Source of the DNA: a virus
Length of the DNA stretch: 47,159 nucleotides
Virus record (IMG/VR): IMGVR_UViG_3300005298_000040
Location: 1-47,159 of that record
Strand: one strand, 5' to 3'
Both the position numbers and the translations under genes were made by a program. The notes under the pieces were generated by a model. It was not told the DNA's origin, made no database searches, and saw only the letters and a program-made list of their open reading frames with translations. Below are positions 8,422 to 18,194 of the stretch, piece after piece. The first letter of the stretch is position 1, and each line of letters begins with the position of its first letter.

Positions 8422-9059
8422 TCCTTGCCATCATCGGTTTTAATTATCTCTATTTTATCTCTGACTTCATCAAGTTTAATGCCTCTTGACATTATCAGCT
8501 CTATAAATGATTTCATTCTCATTTCACCAAGCGTCTTCAGTTTATCAATCACATAATCAATCTCTGTCTTTGCTGTAATCTGTCCCTTCTTAAGTATTTT
8601 ATATTCAAACACATTCAGTTCATAATCATCCTTCCACTTTTTGACTCTGCCTCTTGCCCTTATTACATCTCCTACATCGAAATCAATCTTATTATTCGTG
8701 CTCGGCCTTAACATGATATACGCAAAACCTGTCTCATCCCCTACCTCTGCACTATGCAAATATAGCTCAGTCTTATCAACATCGCAATCACAATTTTTTC
8801 TGTTGCATTTCGGACAGCCCATGTATTTTATCACATCATAAATTCTCGTTACTATTCCCTCAATTTCAACAACTTTATTGACATACGCAGGCAACTCTTT
8901 AATTTTCACTTCTTCAGCACTCACTCCAGAAACTCTCTTTCCTCTTCCGTGTTCTTTTTCATACAATCTCCTTACCAACTCTATGTTCTCTGCCATATGT
9001 GCATAATCCGGATATTTCTTCTTGAACCACTCCTTCATTTTCTCTATGTCATCGCTCAT
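8400..9059 (-). CDS. RPA-like OB-fold ssDNA-binding protein with Zn finger
   Basis: YMGCPKCNRK resembles the RPA DBD-C Zn ribbon; VGDETG and VGDVIRARGRV OB-fold pattern. Confidence 0.7.
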   Translation of the reverse strand: MSDDIEKMKEWFKKKYPDYAHMAENIELVRRLYEKEHGRGKRVSGVSAEEVKIKELPAYVNKVVEIEGIVTRIYDVIKYMGCPKCNRKNCDCDVDKTELYLHSAEVGDETGFAYIMLRPSTNNKIDFDVGDVIRARGRVKKWKDDYELNVFEYKILKKGQITAKTEIDYVIDKLKTLGEMRMKSFIELIMSRGIKLDEVRDKIEIIKTDDGKEWVRLRE

Positions 9060-9072
9060 GCTTATACCTCCA

Positions 9073-9273
9073 TTAGAGCATTTTCCCCGTCTTCACATGT
9101 ATTAATGCAAGCTCTGCCTCCTCAAGCTTAATTACTATCCTCGTCTTTGCATTTCCTCCCTTCGTGCCTTCTGACATTGATAAAAACACTCCGTCCTTTG
9201 TCTTCTCTATTCTGAAATTCTTCCACCTTCCCGTCTTCTCATCATACCTATACAAACTTACCTCCTCATTCAT
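9073..9273 (-). CDS. Small protein, possibly a PC4/PUR-like ssDNA binder
   Basis: Beta-beta-beta-alpha pattern (FRIEK...VFLSMSEG...IVIKLEEAELALI); located in the replication operon. Confidence 0.4.
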   Translation of the reverse strand: MNEEVSLYRYDEKTGRWKNFRIEKTKDGVFLSMSEGTKGGNAKTRIVIKLEEAELALIHVKTGKML

Positions 9274-9473
9274 GTTATCACCTCCTCAACTTTTTTATAT
9301 TCATCCAAACACACAATACTACAATTTTTAACATTCTCCAATATTTTACACACATCTGTCTCATTCAATCCATACTTCTCAAGTATTGCATCTATCCTTG
9401 CTATGTATCTCTCATTGTAAACAAAATATCTCATTAACAAAACTATGTCAGCCAATGATATTCTAATTATCAT
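9270..9473 (-). CDS. Hypothetical protein
   Basis: 67-aa ORF overlapping both neighbours in operon fashion. Confidence 0.6.
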   Translation of the reverse strand: MIIRISLADIVLLMRYFVYNERYIARIDAILEKYGLNETDVCKILENVKNCSIVCLDEYKKVEEVIT

Positions 9474-11499
9474 AAACGAGCACCTCCTGTTTATTTGTAT
9501 CTATGCTATCGAGTATTCTTTTTACTGCAGCATAAATCTGATTTTCCCAGTAATACCTGTAGTTCAGTTTTCCTCTAAACTCTTCAACACCCTTCCATGT
9601 CACTGGCTCAACATCCTTTCCTGTATACACATACTTTACTTTTCCATCCACAAACTTATATCCCTTCTCTTCTGCCTTCCTTAATGCTCTAACATGCGGA
9701 GCGTTTACTAAATACTCACCCAATTCTCTGTAGCCCTTAGCTATAACAAGCATCTCATCAAATTCCCCTTTATACAATCTATTCTTTATGTCGGCTAAAT
9801 ACTTTAATATCTCCTCCTTAGTTCTACCCTCAAACACCATCTTAATCACCTCCTTCTGAACAATTTTTGCCAATCTACACCAATCCGACCTTCTCACTTC
9901 AAGTCCCCTAACTATCTCATTCCCATCAATAGTTATGCCCCAGTATCTCTTTTTCGCCCCTTTCTGTCCACTTTTGATAAACAATATATACCTAAACACA
10001 GCCTCAAGCTTAACCTCATAAGGCCTGATATATCTGTTAATCTCCTCTTCAACCAGTTTCGCCACATCAACTATTTTGTTGCTGTCTCTAACAACTTCTG
10101 ATATACTTATGAATATACTGTCTGTATCTCCATATACAACCTTTCCAAAATATTCGTTAGCAAAACTCTTTATTTTCTCAATTATTTCCCTTCCCTTCTT
10201 AGTTACTAATTCTGCCTTCTTCTCGTTGAAATACCTCGAATACTCATTGCCAAACATCCCATACAAGCTATTTGCAAACACTTTCTTAACGTTCTGCATT
10301 ACATCATATTTTACATTTCCAGTTTCTTTGTATAATCTCTTGAGCTCACGCCTCTCCTCAAGCAATCTCTTGATTATTGCAGGTAAAATCTCTCCATTCG
10401 CTCCGTCAATATCAATGTTCTCGTTCACTATTATGCTCGGATACATCGACGCAACATCATAATACGCTATCCACTCATGCAATCCATACTCAGGCTCAAT
10501 TATGTATGCACCAACATATCCTTTCTTTACTCCTCTCTTAACATTCTCCAGCACAAATCCAAGTTCTCTTGCTCTTTTCAGTATCAAACTGTCTGCAATC
10601 TGAACCGGCGTGAGCATGTCAATTGTCAAATTAACTGACTTTGCCATTTCGCACTCCAAATCTGTAAACCCATACTTCCTATCAATTTCTCTGCATAGCT
10701 CTGCATCATACAAATTATACTCCTCAAGCTCTTCTCTTGTCATCTCACATACTCTTTTCTGTCTTTCTTTTACTTTTTCAAACTTCTCATACTTACTAAT
10801 TTCTGCAAGTGAATAGCTCTCAAGCCCTTTTATAACCGACTTATACCTGCTCAATAAATCAATGCTCTGAACATATTCAAGCCACTTACTCTTTATTCCA
10901 AGTTTTTTAGTTCTCTCTAACAAATGTCTACAATCAAATTCAACATTCCATCCTGCAAATACTGTCTTCACATCTGCCTCTAAATCTGAGATAAATGCTT
11001 CTAACATCTGCCTTTCGCTATCATAATCATTAACGTAATACCAATTTCCTCTGCCTTTCTCGTCATACACCGCAATGCTAACTATTTTATCATGCCCATA
11101 ATTGACTGGCATTCCATTACTATCATCCATCTCAATATCAACATAAACTATGCAACCATCAAAATTCACTTTATACTCTCCATCCACAAGCAACCTCCTC
11201 ACATATGGTATGTCAGCCTCATACGTTTTTATTCCTATCCTATCCATCTCGTCTCTAATTTTTGCAACCTGTGCTGGCTCTTTACACTCAAATTTCCACA
11301 CTCTATTGTTTGATAAATCTTTTAAATTTGTCTTCTGAACATCGTAAACATTGTCTTTTATTTTATCAACTCCTCTTTCTTCGATAAACGCATAAGGCAA
11401 TACATCTGTTTTTAGTGCCCTTAACTTACCCTCAAAAACTCCACTCAGCATTATGACATCATTCACAAAATACTTTATTGCACTATTGAACATTTCCAC
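9463..11499 (-). CDS. polB: Family B DNA polymerase with 3'-5' exonuclease
   Basis: Exo motifs YVDIE, GWNVEFD, YNLYDA; polymerase motifs DVASMYPS, KVFANSLYG, YGDTDS, KKRY. Confidence 0.97.
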   Translation of the reverse strand: MEMFNSAIKYFVNDVIMLSGVFEGKLRALKTDVLPYAFIEERGVDKIKDNVYDVQKTNLKDLSNNRVWKFECKEPAQVAKIRDEMDRIGIKTYEADIPYVRRLLVDGEYKVNFDGCIVYVDIEMDDSNGMPVNYGHDKIVSIAVYDEKGRGNWYYVNDYDSERQMLEAFISDLEADVKTVFAGWNVEFDCRHLLERTKKLGIKSKWLEYVQSIDLLSRYKSVIKGLESYSLAEISKYEKFEKVKERQKRVCEMTREELEEYNLYDAELCREIDRKYGFTDLECEMAKSVNLTIDMLTPVQIADSLILKRARELGFVLENVKRGVKKGYVGAYIIEPEYGLHEWIAYYDVASMYPSIIVNENIDIDGANGEILPAIIKRLLEERRELKRLYKETGNVKYDVMQNVKKVFANSLYGMFGNEYSRYFNEKKAELVTKKGREIIEKIKSFANEYFGKVVYGDTDSIFISISEVVRDSNKIVDVAKLVEEEINRYIRPYEVKLEAVFRYILFIKSGQKGAKKRYWGITIDGNEIVRGLEVRRSDWCRLAKIVQKEVIKMVFEGRTKEEILKYLADIKNRLYKGEFDEMLVIAKGYRELGEYLVNAPHVRALRKAEEKGYKFVDGKVKYVYTGKDVEPVTWKGVEEFRGKLNYRYYWENQIYAAVKRILDSIDTNKQEVLVYDN

Positions 11500-12448
11500 T
11501 CACCTCATCAAACAAATTCTCCAACCATCCGTCAGTCATAACATAATACATGCACTTTCTCATGTCATCATATCTGCATATCCCGAGCTCTTTCAATCTT
11601 CTACACGAATAGCAATAATATCCCTTTCTCTCCAAAAAACTCAATTGATACTCTGTCTTGCTTTCGTTATAATCGCTTGCCAGTTCAAAAACCTTCTTAG
11701 TTTTTTCAACTCCCCACGCCTTTAACAAAAATATTGCAATAGCCACTCTGTAAATGTGTTCAAGTTCTCCTGTCTCAATCATCGTCTCTATCCCCTCTCT
11801 CACACACAACGGTAACTCTGAAAGTTTCAAATCAATCTGAATCCTAACAACACAGTTCCTTCTCTCCCTGCCGTCCTTCTCTCTGAACACCTCATCCATC
11901 TCTGTGAGCTCATGTGCCAGCCAATCATTGTAACCGTTACAGTCACTAATTCTCCTCATTACTGTTCCTGTCTTCGAGTTTATTGTCGCAGGTATTCTTG
12001 CCATCCTTCTGATATCTCCAACAACACTCTTATCAACATAGTCCATTATGCCAATATCAGAAACCCATTTTCTCACTACGCTCCCATAATGCTCCAATCT
12101 CACAACATCAAAATCTATGTATACATGATAACCCCTGCCACTATCATACAACCTATACTTAATTCCTTTCCCATCTAACACATCAATAACTCTGAAAATA
12201 TTTTCTTCTGCACCATTTTCGTTCTCATGCCCATCCACATCTAAAAATATAGTGTCAAACTGTCTCCTTCTTATCTGCCAATTTGCAAAAATTGCTGAAT
12301 AGCAATCTACGCCTCGATTTTCATCAATATAAGAAATCAAATCGACTTCATCCATCGCATTTCTTCTGTATAATCCTACTTCTCTTGCAAATATTTTTCC
12401 TACTCTGTTTTTCCTTGCCCAAATTTCAAACTCTCTAATCATACTCAT
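11483..12448 (-). CDS. Archaeo-eukaryotic primase, fused PriS catalytic + PriL-like Fe-S domain
   Basis: FLDVD, SGRGYHVY, RMARIPATIN; C-terminal LPLCV, HIYR, YSCRRL..LGIC....C. Confidence 0.85.
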   Translation of the reverse strand: MSMIREFEIWARKNRVGKIFAREVGLYRRNAMDEVDLISYIDENRGVDCYSAIFANWQIRRRQFDTIFLDVDGHENENGAEENIFRVIDVLDGKGIKYRLYDSGRGYHVYIDFDVVRLEHYGSVVRKWVSDIGIMDYVDKSVVGDIRRMARIPATINSKTGTVMRRISDCNGYNDWLAHELTEMDEVFREKDGRERRNCVVRIQIDLKLSELPLCVREGIETMIETGELEHIYRVAIAIFLLKAWGVEKTKKVFELASDYNESKTEYQLSFLERKGYYCYSCRRLKELGICRYDDMRKCMYYVMTDGWLENLFDEVSGNVQ

Positions 12449-13580
12449 TCATCCTATCAATCTCTGCCTTTGTAAATACTTCGCTATACTCTCTATCATC
12501 TATGTCTATGTAGCCTAAATCTGTTATTTTCGCAGCAGTCGCTTTAGACCATTTCTCCACGTCTTCTGCCCTAACAAGCCAAAACCTCCTGTAGTTCTCA
12601 AGTCCCTTCTTTTCTCTTGCGTCCATGTATACTATCCTCTTTCCAATATGCTTCAATGCTCTTCCACCTCTTACCTCAGCTCCCCGCTCATATGGATTCG
12701 CTGGATTGTCACTCGCATGTGCTGTTGTAATAACAATCACATTATTTTCTTCCATGATTCTTGCCAGCTTCAGCATCATTATGCTCAATGCAGAGTCCTT
12801 GGCCGGATGCGACTGTTGCTCTAACGTAAACTCTCTAATCGGCATTGTAACACTGTCGATTATAACAACATCTATATTCTTCTCTTTTATCACGTCGTCA
12901 ATTGTCTTTATTTTTTCTTTTCTCTTTATGTCTTCATCTATTGTCTCAACTATTCTGAACTCAAGCTTGCCTTTTTCCTTCTTGCTATCTGCACTCCTGA
13001 ACACAATCCCAGCTCTGTAACCTAAAAACTCAAATAGACTCTCGATTCCCTTCCTTGACTCTATATACATTTTGCCCTTTTTCTCAAATCTTGCACTGAA
13101 CACCTGAGCCCACTTTTTCACAAACTGATATATTCCACCTTCAGTATCTACATACAGCACATTCAATCCATTATGCATGAACCAAAATGACTCCTGCACC
13201 ATTAGCAACGTCTTACCCACATTCGGTTTGCTGTAAATCACAAAAATCTCATCGCTATTATACGGACACACTCCAAACAATTCGTTCATTGCATTTAGAC
13301 TGCTCCTCACTTCTTTTATTTTGCATCCGCTCAAAATATCATCAAGTTCAAACATTTTCATCAGCCTCTCTGCATGTTTACATCTTTTCCATACTGAAAA
13401 GCCTCTACAACTACAAAACAATCTCCCTCTATGTATGCTCGTTGCGTATGTGCTTTCTGTTCCATCAATAATAAAATATTTAACAGCTCTGCCATCATAC
13501 GCATCAACTAACTGTGATTTCGCCGTTTCCCTCATCATAGTCAATAACCGCATATCTTCCGATTTTCTTCTCAAACACAA
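12435..13580 (-). CDS. RecA-fold ATPase (RadA/RadB-like or SF4 helicase) with N-terminal SWIM Zn finger
   Basis: SWIM CSCRGF...RCKH, Walker A SKPNVGKT, YVDTEGG, Walker B VVIIDS, GGRALKH. Confidence 0.8.
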   Translation of the reverse strand: MCLRRKSEDMRLLTMMRETAKSQLVDAYDGRAVKYFIIDGTESTYATSIHRGRLFCSCRGFSVWKRCKHAERLMKMFELDDILSGCKIKEVRSSLNAMNELFGVCPYNSDEIFVIYSKPNVGKTLLMVQESFWFMHNGLNVLYVDTEGGIYQFVKKWAQVFSARFEKKGKMYIESRKGIESLFEFLGYRAGIVFRSADSKKEKGKLEFRIVETIDEDIKRKEKIKTIDDVIKEKNIDVVIIDSVTMPIREFTLEQQSHPAKDSALSIMMLKLARIMEENNVIVITTAHASDNPANPYERGAEVRGGRALKHIGKRIVYMDAREKKGLENYRRFWLVRAEDVEKWSKATAAKITDLGYIDIDDREYSEVFTKAEIDRMNEYD

Positions 13581-13878
13581 GCATCTTGTATTTTATGCCA
13601 TGCCTGTCGAGCACGCTCTTTGCAAAAACACATTGCAGTATGCCTCCTCCAAGCAACAAATATACTTCGTCTTCCTCGTCATACTCGCTGATAAACTCTT
13701 TTACATTATTCTCAATCTCTGCATAAGTCAATCTTACCTGTCTCTCGTTAGCATAATTCGTTATCAATGATTCGCTGAGCCTCTTTATCTTTGTAATCAT
13801 GTCATCCCCAAATGTCTTGATTATCTCAGCCGGTATGTTTTTATTTATCACGCACGGAACTAAAACCCACCTCCTCAT
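13504..13878 (-). CDS. Small Rossmann-like protein, possibly CARF/Csx-like
   Basis: DEVYLLLGGGILQCVFA...GIKYKMLVFEKK..RY strand-loop-helix-strand pattern; family uncertain. Confidence 0.35.
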   Translation of the reverse strand: MRRWVLVPCVINKNIPAEIIKTFGDDMITKIKRLSESLITNYANERQVRLTYAEIENNVKEFISEYDEEDEVYLLLGGGILQCVFAKSVLDRHGIKYKMLVFEKKIGRYAVIDYDEGNGEITVS

Positions 13879-13887
13879 TATACCACC

Positions 13888-14649
13888 TCATACACCTGAA
13901 GCAACAATCACAAACATTAATTCGTTCAACTTCTCATACAACGTCAGTTTTGTAAGCATGTTAGCATTCGATGCCCATATTCTTTTACTGATGTCGCTAT
14001 ATACGTCTCTCAATGTCAATCCATCACCATCAAATCCATACTCAGCTCTTCTCAGCACATCAATATAATACTTCTTTGGCAATATCTCAAGTCCTTCTTT
14101 TAGTGCCTGCAAATAATGTCTTGCTCTGTATTTATCAAGCTCATTAAGCCAGTCTCTGTATTCTTCTGCCTTGCTTAGAACTGCATCCATTATAGCATTT
14201 AGATGTGCAACAAGACTGCCACTGTGCTTAGTATGTCTTCTGTATACATCTCTTACTCTAAAAACTGCATATGATTCTTCGCCAACATCTACTATAACAT
14301 CTATTCTCAAAGCAATTGTTGCATCCACAGAATTGTGCACAACAATTCCAACATCGTTCTTCACTACAAATCCATGATACCTTGTTCTGCTCTTTATGTC
14401 CTCATACTTGTAACCTTTCTTCTCGCAATATTCTTTGACTATCTTTTCAATCTGCTCATTCGGAATCAATTTGTAATTCCTTCCTACAATAGCCAAAAAC
14501 TCACCATCTTTAACAATCGCCTTATACGGTATTGTGTCGCCTTTATACTTCAAAAACTTCTCTGCATAATTATACTCACGCTCAACTTCTCTTTCCACCT
14601 CAAACTCTACTACTAATTTCCCGACCTCCTCGCCCGCCATCCTTTTCAC
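13888..14649 (-). CDS. DUF932-family protein
   Basis: LAIVGRNYKLIPNEQI and VVHNSVDAT patterns typical of DUF932 phage proteins. Confidence 0.65.
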   Translation of the reverse strand: MKRMAGEEVGKLVVEFEVEREVEREYNYAEKFLKYKGDTIPYKAIVKDGEFLAIVGRNYKLIPNEQIEKIVKEYCEKKGYKYEDIKSRTRYHGFVVKNDVGIVVHNSVDATIALRIDVIVDVGEESYAVFRVRDVYRRHTKHSGSLVAHLNAIMDAVLSKAEEYRDWLNELDKYRARHYLQALKEGLEILPKKYYIDVLRRAEYGFDGDGLTLRDVYSDISKRIWASNANMLTKLTLYEKLNELMFVIVASGV

Positions 14650-14703
14650 CTCCCTTTGTTTTAGTTATAATAAAGCTTAAGGTGTATATATAGTTTTCGA
14701 AAT
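14647..14703 (-). promoter_or_regulatory. Early-type promoter copy 3, driving the replication operon
   Basis: GTATATATAGTTTTCGAAAT (14684-14703) is identical to 1817-1836; GGAGGTGA RBS; lacks the TTATTGCATA box. Confidence 0.8.
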
Positions 14704-14712
14704 CTGGCCGCT

Positions 14713-15339
14713 CTAATATGTCCTGACTTTTGGCATTTTTATAGCTCTAACCATTTCCTCAAGCTCAAGTATTCTTTTTTCAATCCAATTCAGCTGCTCT
14801 CCTATCCTCAATGACATCTCACTCTCAGGCACTGCAAATAATCTTCTTTCATTAATCAACAAATCTCTAACTACAAGCAATCTGCACAGCTCCTTAACAA
14901 AAGCCGGTAAATCATCCCTTCCATACGTATATGTAACTTTCACCTCTTTGCCTGCCTGCAAAAACAAAAATCTGTTTATGAACAATATGCCCTCATGATA
15001 ATCAACCCAGTAATCTCCTTGCAATCTTTTCTCTACTCTATTTCCTACCCACTCCTCCCACTCCAAGCCGTTAAACAATAACAAACTGTCTATTCTCTTC
15101 ACATAGCACTTAGATAAAAACACAGGTATTCCAACTCCAAACCATATGCCTCCTTTAAACTTTGTCAAATCGTGATACTCAGTCACAGTCTTCTCCTCGC
15201 CATTATAGCACGTATCTGATATGTAATCAATGTAATCCATCTTCTCACGTATCAAGTTAATCAAAAATTCGTCGCTATACTTATTGACTCCCAACCACGC
15301 TCTTATCTCAGCAGGCTCAACATACAATGCCATAATCAT
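14713..15339 (-). CDS. Head-tail adaptor/connector
   Basis: Follows MCP; YVEPAEIRAWL N-terminus; VKVTYTYG..DLPAFVKELC motif typical of adaptors. Confidence 0.75.
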   Translation of the reverse strand: MIMALYVEPAEIRAWLGVNKYSDEFLINLIREKMDYIDYISDTCYNGEEKTVTEYHDLTKFKGGIWFGVGIPVFLSKCYVKRIDSLLLFNGLEWEEWVGNRVEKRLQGDYWVDYHEGILFINRFLFLQAGKEVKVTYTYGRDDLPAFVKELCRLLVVRDLLINERRLFAVPESEMSLRIGEQLNWIEKRILELEEMVRAIKMPKVRTY

Positions 15340-15371
15340 TACTCGTCTCGAAATACTTAAAGTTTGCCGTT

Positions 15372-15401
15372 AAACAAACAAAAAATAAAAAATAAAAATA
15401 A
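15372..15401 (-). terminator. Oligo-T terminator after MCP
   Basis: Several T5-6 runs on the minus strand immediately after the MCP stop. Confidence 0.6.
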
Positions 15402-15412
15402 CACTTAATTCT

Positions 15413-16567
15413 TTACTGTAAATCTCTCAACTTTCCTTGATACGGCAACGTTCTGCAAACCAGCTCTCCAACTATTCTGTAAGCACCTTTAATCACAAAC
15501 TTATTCAGTAGTAGAAAGTCCCTCGTCTCAAAATATTCCACTGGCCTCAACACCGATATAGCCATCCTCGGCAATCCATATCCTTCTGGGTCTGAAGTAT
15601 CAAGTGCATATATTCTGTGTATTCCATCTCCATCCTTAGGTACATCAACGCTCCTAATCAGTGGCAATCCATACAGTGCGGCAACCCTTATTCCTGCATC
15701 AAGTCCCTCCGCACTCTGTATACCGTTAATACCAAACTGCACTTTTGTCTCACTCATCGGCAGGTATCTTATAAAGTTCATGTATATGCCCTGAATCTTC
15801 GCATATGTATCAGGCCCAGTTAATATCACATTCGTATTTGCACCAGCTTTCTTACATTCATTCAACAGCTCTCTAATCAGCTCATCTGTCAAATCTCTCA
15901 GAGTTCCTGAATTATGCAAAACCTGTGCATTTGCCCATGTATTAGTCTGTCTGTTTATTCCGTAAATATTTGCAAGTGCTGGGTCTTTACCCTGACTATC
16001 AAGTTCATCTGCTGAACCGCAAACTCTATCCACAGACTCAAACATATATCCTGCCGGTGTCTCAATATCCTTAAGTAATTGTTTATTAAGCAGCTTCGCA
16101 AATTCTACTCCCATTTCAGCTCTTACCTGATTTACACTGCCCCACACATCATCAAGTCCTACCTCAACCAGTGCTTCAACCACATCGCTAACCTCAAAAG
16201 TAATAACCTGCACCTTCGGATTTGCCTTAACTGTCGCTATCTCAGGCCTAACAGCACTTGGTAATGCTGAAGTCTCACTTATTCCAAGCGTGTTTTCAGT
16301 CGTGCTCAATCCAGTCTTAACTCTCCATCCTGACCTCGGCCATGTAGTTTTCGGTAGCATTCCAAACACATTTGCTTCCTGATTTATCTGTGCCCAAACA
16401 TATGCTCCATAAACCTGATTGTAAATTGCAGTTCCAAGTCCTGTGCTTATTTCTCCTGCAGCCTTCATTATTTCAACTACGTCAGCAAAATCGACAAACG
16501 GATGCCCTGACAGTCCCATGTAAAACATCTCTAAATCTCTAATCGTTAACGGTCTAACCCCGGTCAT
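15413..16567 (-). CDS. Major capsid protein (HK97 fold)
   Basis: 384 aa, after protease and scaffold, followed by a terminator. YGAYVWAQINQEANVFGMLPK..W.RSGWRV recalls archaeal tailed-virus MCPs of the HVTV-1/magrovirus type (from memory, needs a search). Confidence 0.85.
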   Translation of the reverse strand: MTGVRPLTIRDLEMFYMGLSGHPFVDFADVVEIMKAAGEISTGLGTAIYNQVYGAYVWAQINQEANVFGMLPKTTWPRSGWRVKTGLSTTENTLGISETSALPSAVRPEIATVKANPKVQVITFEVSDVVEALVEVGLDDVWGSVNQVRAEMGVEFAKLLNKQLLKDIETPAGYMFESVDRVCGSADELDSQGKDPALANIYGINRQTNTWANAQVLHNSGTLRDLTDELIRELLNECKKAGANTNVILTGPDTYAKIQGIYMNFIRYLPMSETKVQFGINGIQSAEGLDAGIRVAALYGLPLIRSVDVPKDGDGIHRIYALDTSDPEGYGLPRMAISVLRPVEYFETRDFLLLNKFVIKGAYRIVGELVCRTLPYQGKLRDLQ

Positions 16568-17136
16568 ATCCCCTCACCTCTCAACACTTTCTTTAATTTC
16601 TCCTCAATCTCACCAACAGTCGCCTTTCCCTTCAACACGTCAGCTATGAAACTGCTCATTCCGCTGTTATCATTCTTAAATACTTCAGTATCTTTGTCAA
16701 GCTCTGGTCTCGGTGTAACAACGGTCTTCACTGCTCTCTTCTTAAATTCATACTCTGGCTCTCTCTGCACATCTGCAGGCTCGACATCAACTTTCTGCCC
16801 TGTCACAGTAGCACTTGGCTCTCTTGGCTTATTTGCCCTATCCTCTTCAACTTTCTTATTTTCCTCTTCTGGCCTCGGCAGTCTTTTTTCTATTTCTTCA
16901 AGTGCTTTCATTACAGTCTCCTGAATTCCTCTATTAACATCAACGACTGATTTAACTGCACTTGCAAGCTCTGAAACGATTTCAGTAATCTCAGATAGTT
17001 TCATCATAAGCTCGTCAACTTTACTTTCCAAATCATCACTATTAACTACTTGTTCCTCTTCAACGTTAGTCTCTTCAACATTTTCTTCAATCATTTCATC
17101 CGCTTCTCTTTCATCAATCTGTTTTCTCACTTTCAT
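16564..17136 (-). CDS. Capsid scaffolding protein
   Basis: Acidic coiled coil plus low-complexity linker, between protease and MCP. Confidence 0.7.
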   Translation of the reverse strand: MKVRKQIDEREADEMIEENVEETNVEEEQVVNSDDLESKVDELMMKLSEITEIVSELASAVKSVVDVNRGIQETVMKALEEIEKRLPRPEEENKKVEEDRANKPREPSATVTGQKVDVEPADVQREPEYEFKKRAVKTVVTPRPELDKDTEVFKNDNSGMSSFIADVLKGKATVGEIEEKLKKVLRGEGI

Positions 17137-17157
17137 ATTATTAATCCTCTGTTAACT

Positions 17158-17175
17158 GATATATATACTTTTTCC
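17158..17175 (-). promoter_or_regulatory. Internal promoter (BRE GGAAAAAG + TATATATA) for scaffold-MCP
   Basis: Canonical BRE-TATA about 25 nt upstream of the scaffold ATG. Confidence 0.65.
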
Positions 17176-18156
17176 TCATACTCCGTATTTTTTCTTCATT
17201 TCACTTACTGATTTCTTTATCAACTTCACTGTCTTCATTATGTCCCTCATGCTTTTCTCATATTCTGCCTTAAGTTTTCCACATACTTTCTTTGCTGTTT
17301 CCTCATCATACCTTCTTCTCATTTCTCTCATGCACTCATCCCAGTTTTTGAATCCTGCAAAAGGCTTTCTTACATCAATCTCGCTCTCTTCATCGCCTCT
17401 CCTGTCTTCCTCTACATTATCAAATATCACACCCAAAACTGCAAACATCTCGTCAAACTTATCAAGCACATTCTTAACTTTCTTCTTCTCATCGTCGCTG
17501 AGCTCTCCATATCTCTTTCCGTATATCGATATTGCCACGCTGTCTCTAAATTTGTCTTTAACTGACTTGCAAATGTTGCATAATATAATGCTCTCCTTCT
17601 TCTCATAGAATTTATTTATATCTTCACCTGCTATATTGAACTCTTTTAGAATGTCAATTACATTAATTTCAGACTCTCCCTTAGCAAAGTAATTTATTTC
17701 CTCTATTATTGCATACTGATTTGCAGGTTTCTCAACTACACTAATCTCAGTAAGCTCAATGTCTTTCAAAATTGATATTTCCTTTTCAACTCCATTCTCT
17801 TTTTTCTTTAATATCTTTTGTTCTCCTGTGCCACCGATAGAAAATCCCTTTATTTTTCCGTTCTTTATCATCTCCCACACTGCATCGTCTATTTTGTATC
17901 CTCTATTTATCTTCGCCAAAATCTTTACTCCATACCTGCCTGTCTCTGGATGTTTATCAATCCACCAGTTAAGAACCTTTCCTACTTTCTTATTCGAATG
18001 TCCATACACCAAATCTCCGCCTCTGTCCATGAACTTTATCATCGCTTTCCTGAGCTCATCTACTGGCACTATGTCTCCTTGAGAGTCCTGTATCTCTACA
18101 CTACACCATCCTATTACAAGTCTTTCGTCCAAATCAGTAATTTCTATGTCATTCAT
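17176..18156 (-). CDS. Prohead maturation protease (HK97/XkdF-like)
   Basis: DSQGD, GHSNKKVG (His), IKGFSIGG (Ser), LTEISVVEKPAN. Confidence 0.88.
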   Translation of the reverse strand: MNDIEITDLDERLVIGWCSVEIQDSQGDIVPVDELRKAMIKFMDRGGDLVYGHSNKKVGKVLNWWIDKHPETGRYGVKILAKINRGYKIDDAVWEMIKNGKIKGFSIGGTGEQKILKKKENGVEKEISILKDIELTEISVVEKPANQYAIIEEINYFAKGESEINVIDILKEFNIAGEDINKFYEKKESIILCNICKSVKDKFRDSVAISIYGKRYGELSDDEKKKVKNVLDKFDEMFAVLGVIFDNVEEDRRGDEESEIDVRKPFAGFKNWDECMREMRRRYDEETAKKVCGKLKAEYEKSMRDIMKTVKLIKKSVSEMKKKYGV

Positions 18157-18194
18157 ATTATTATCTCCGCACCAACTTATATTTAAAGATTATC

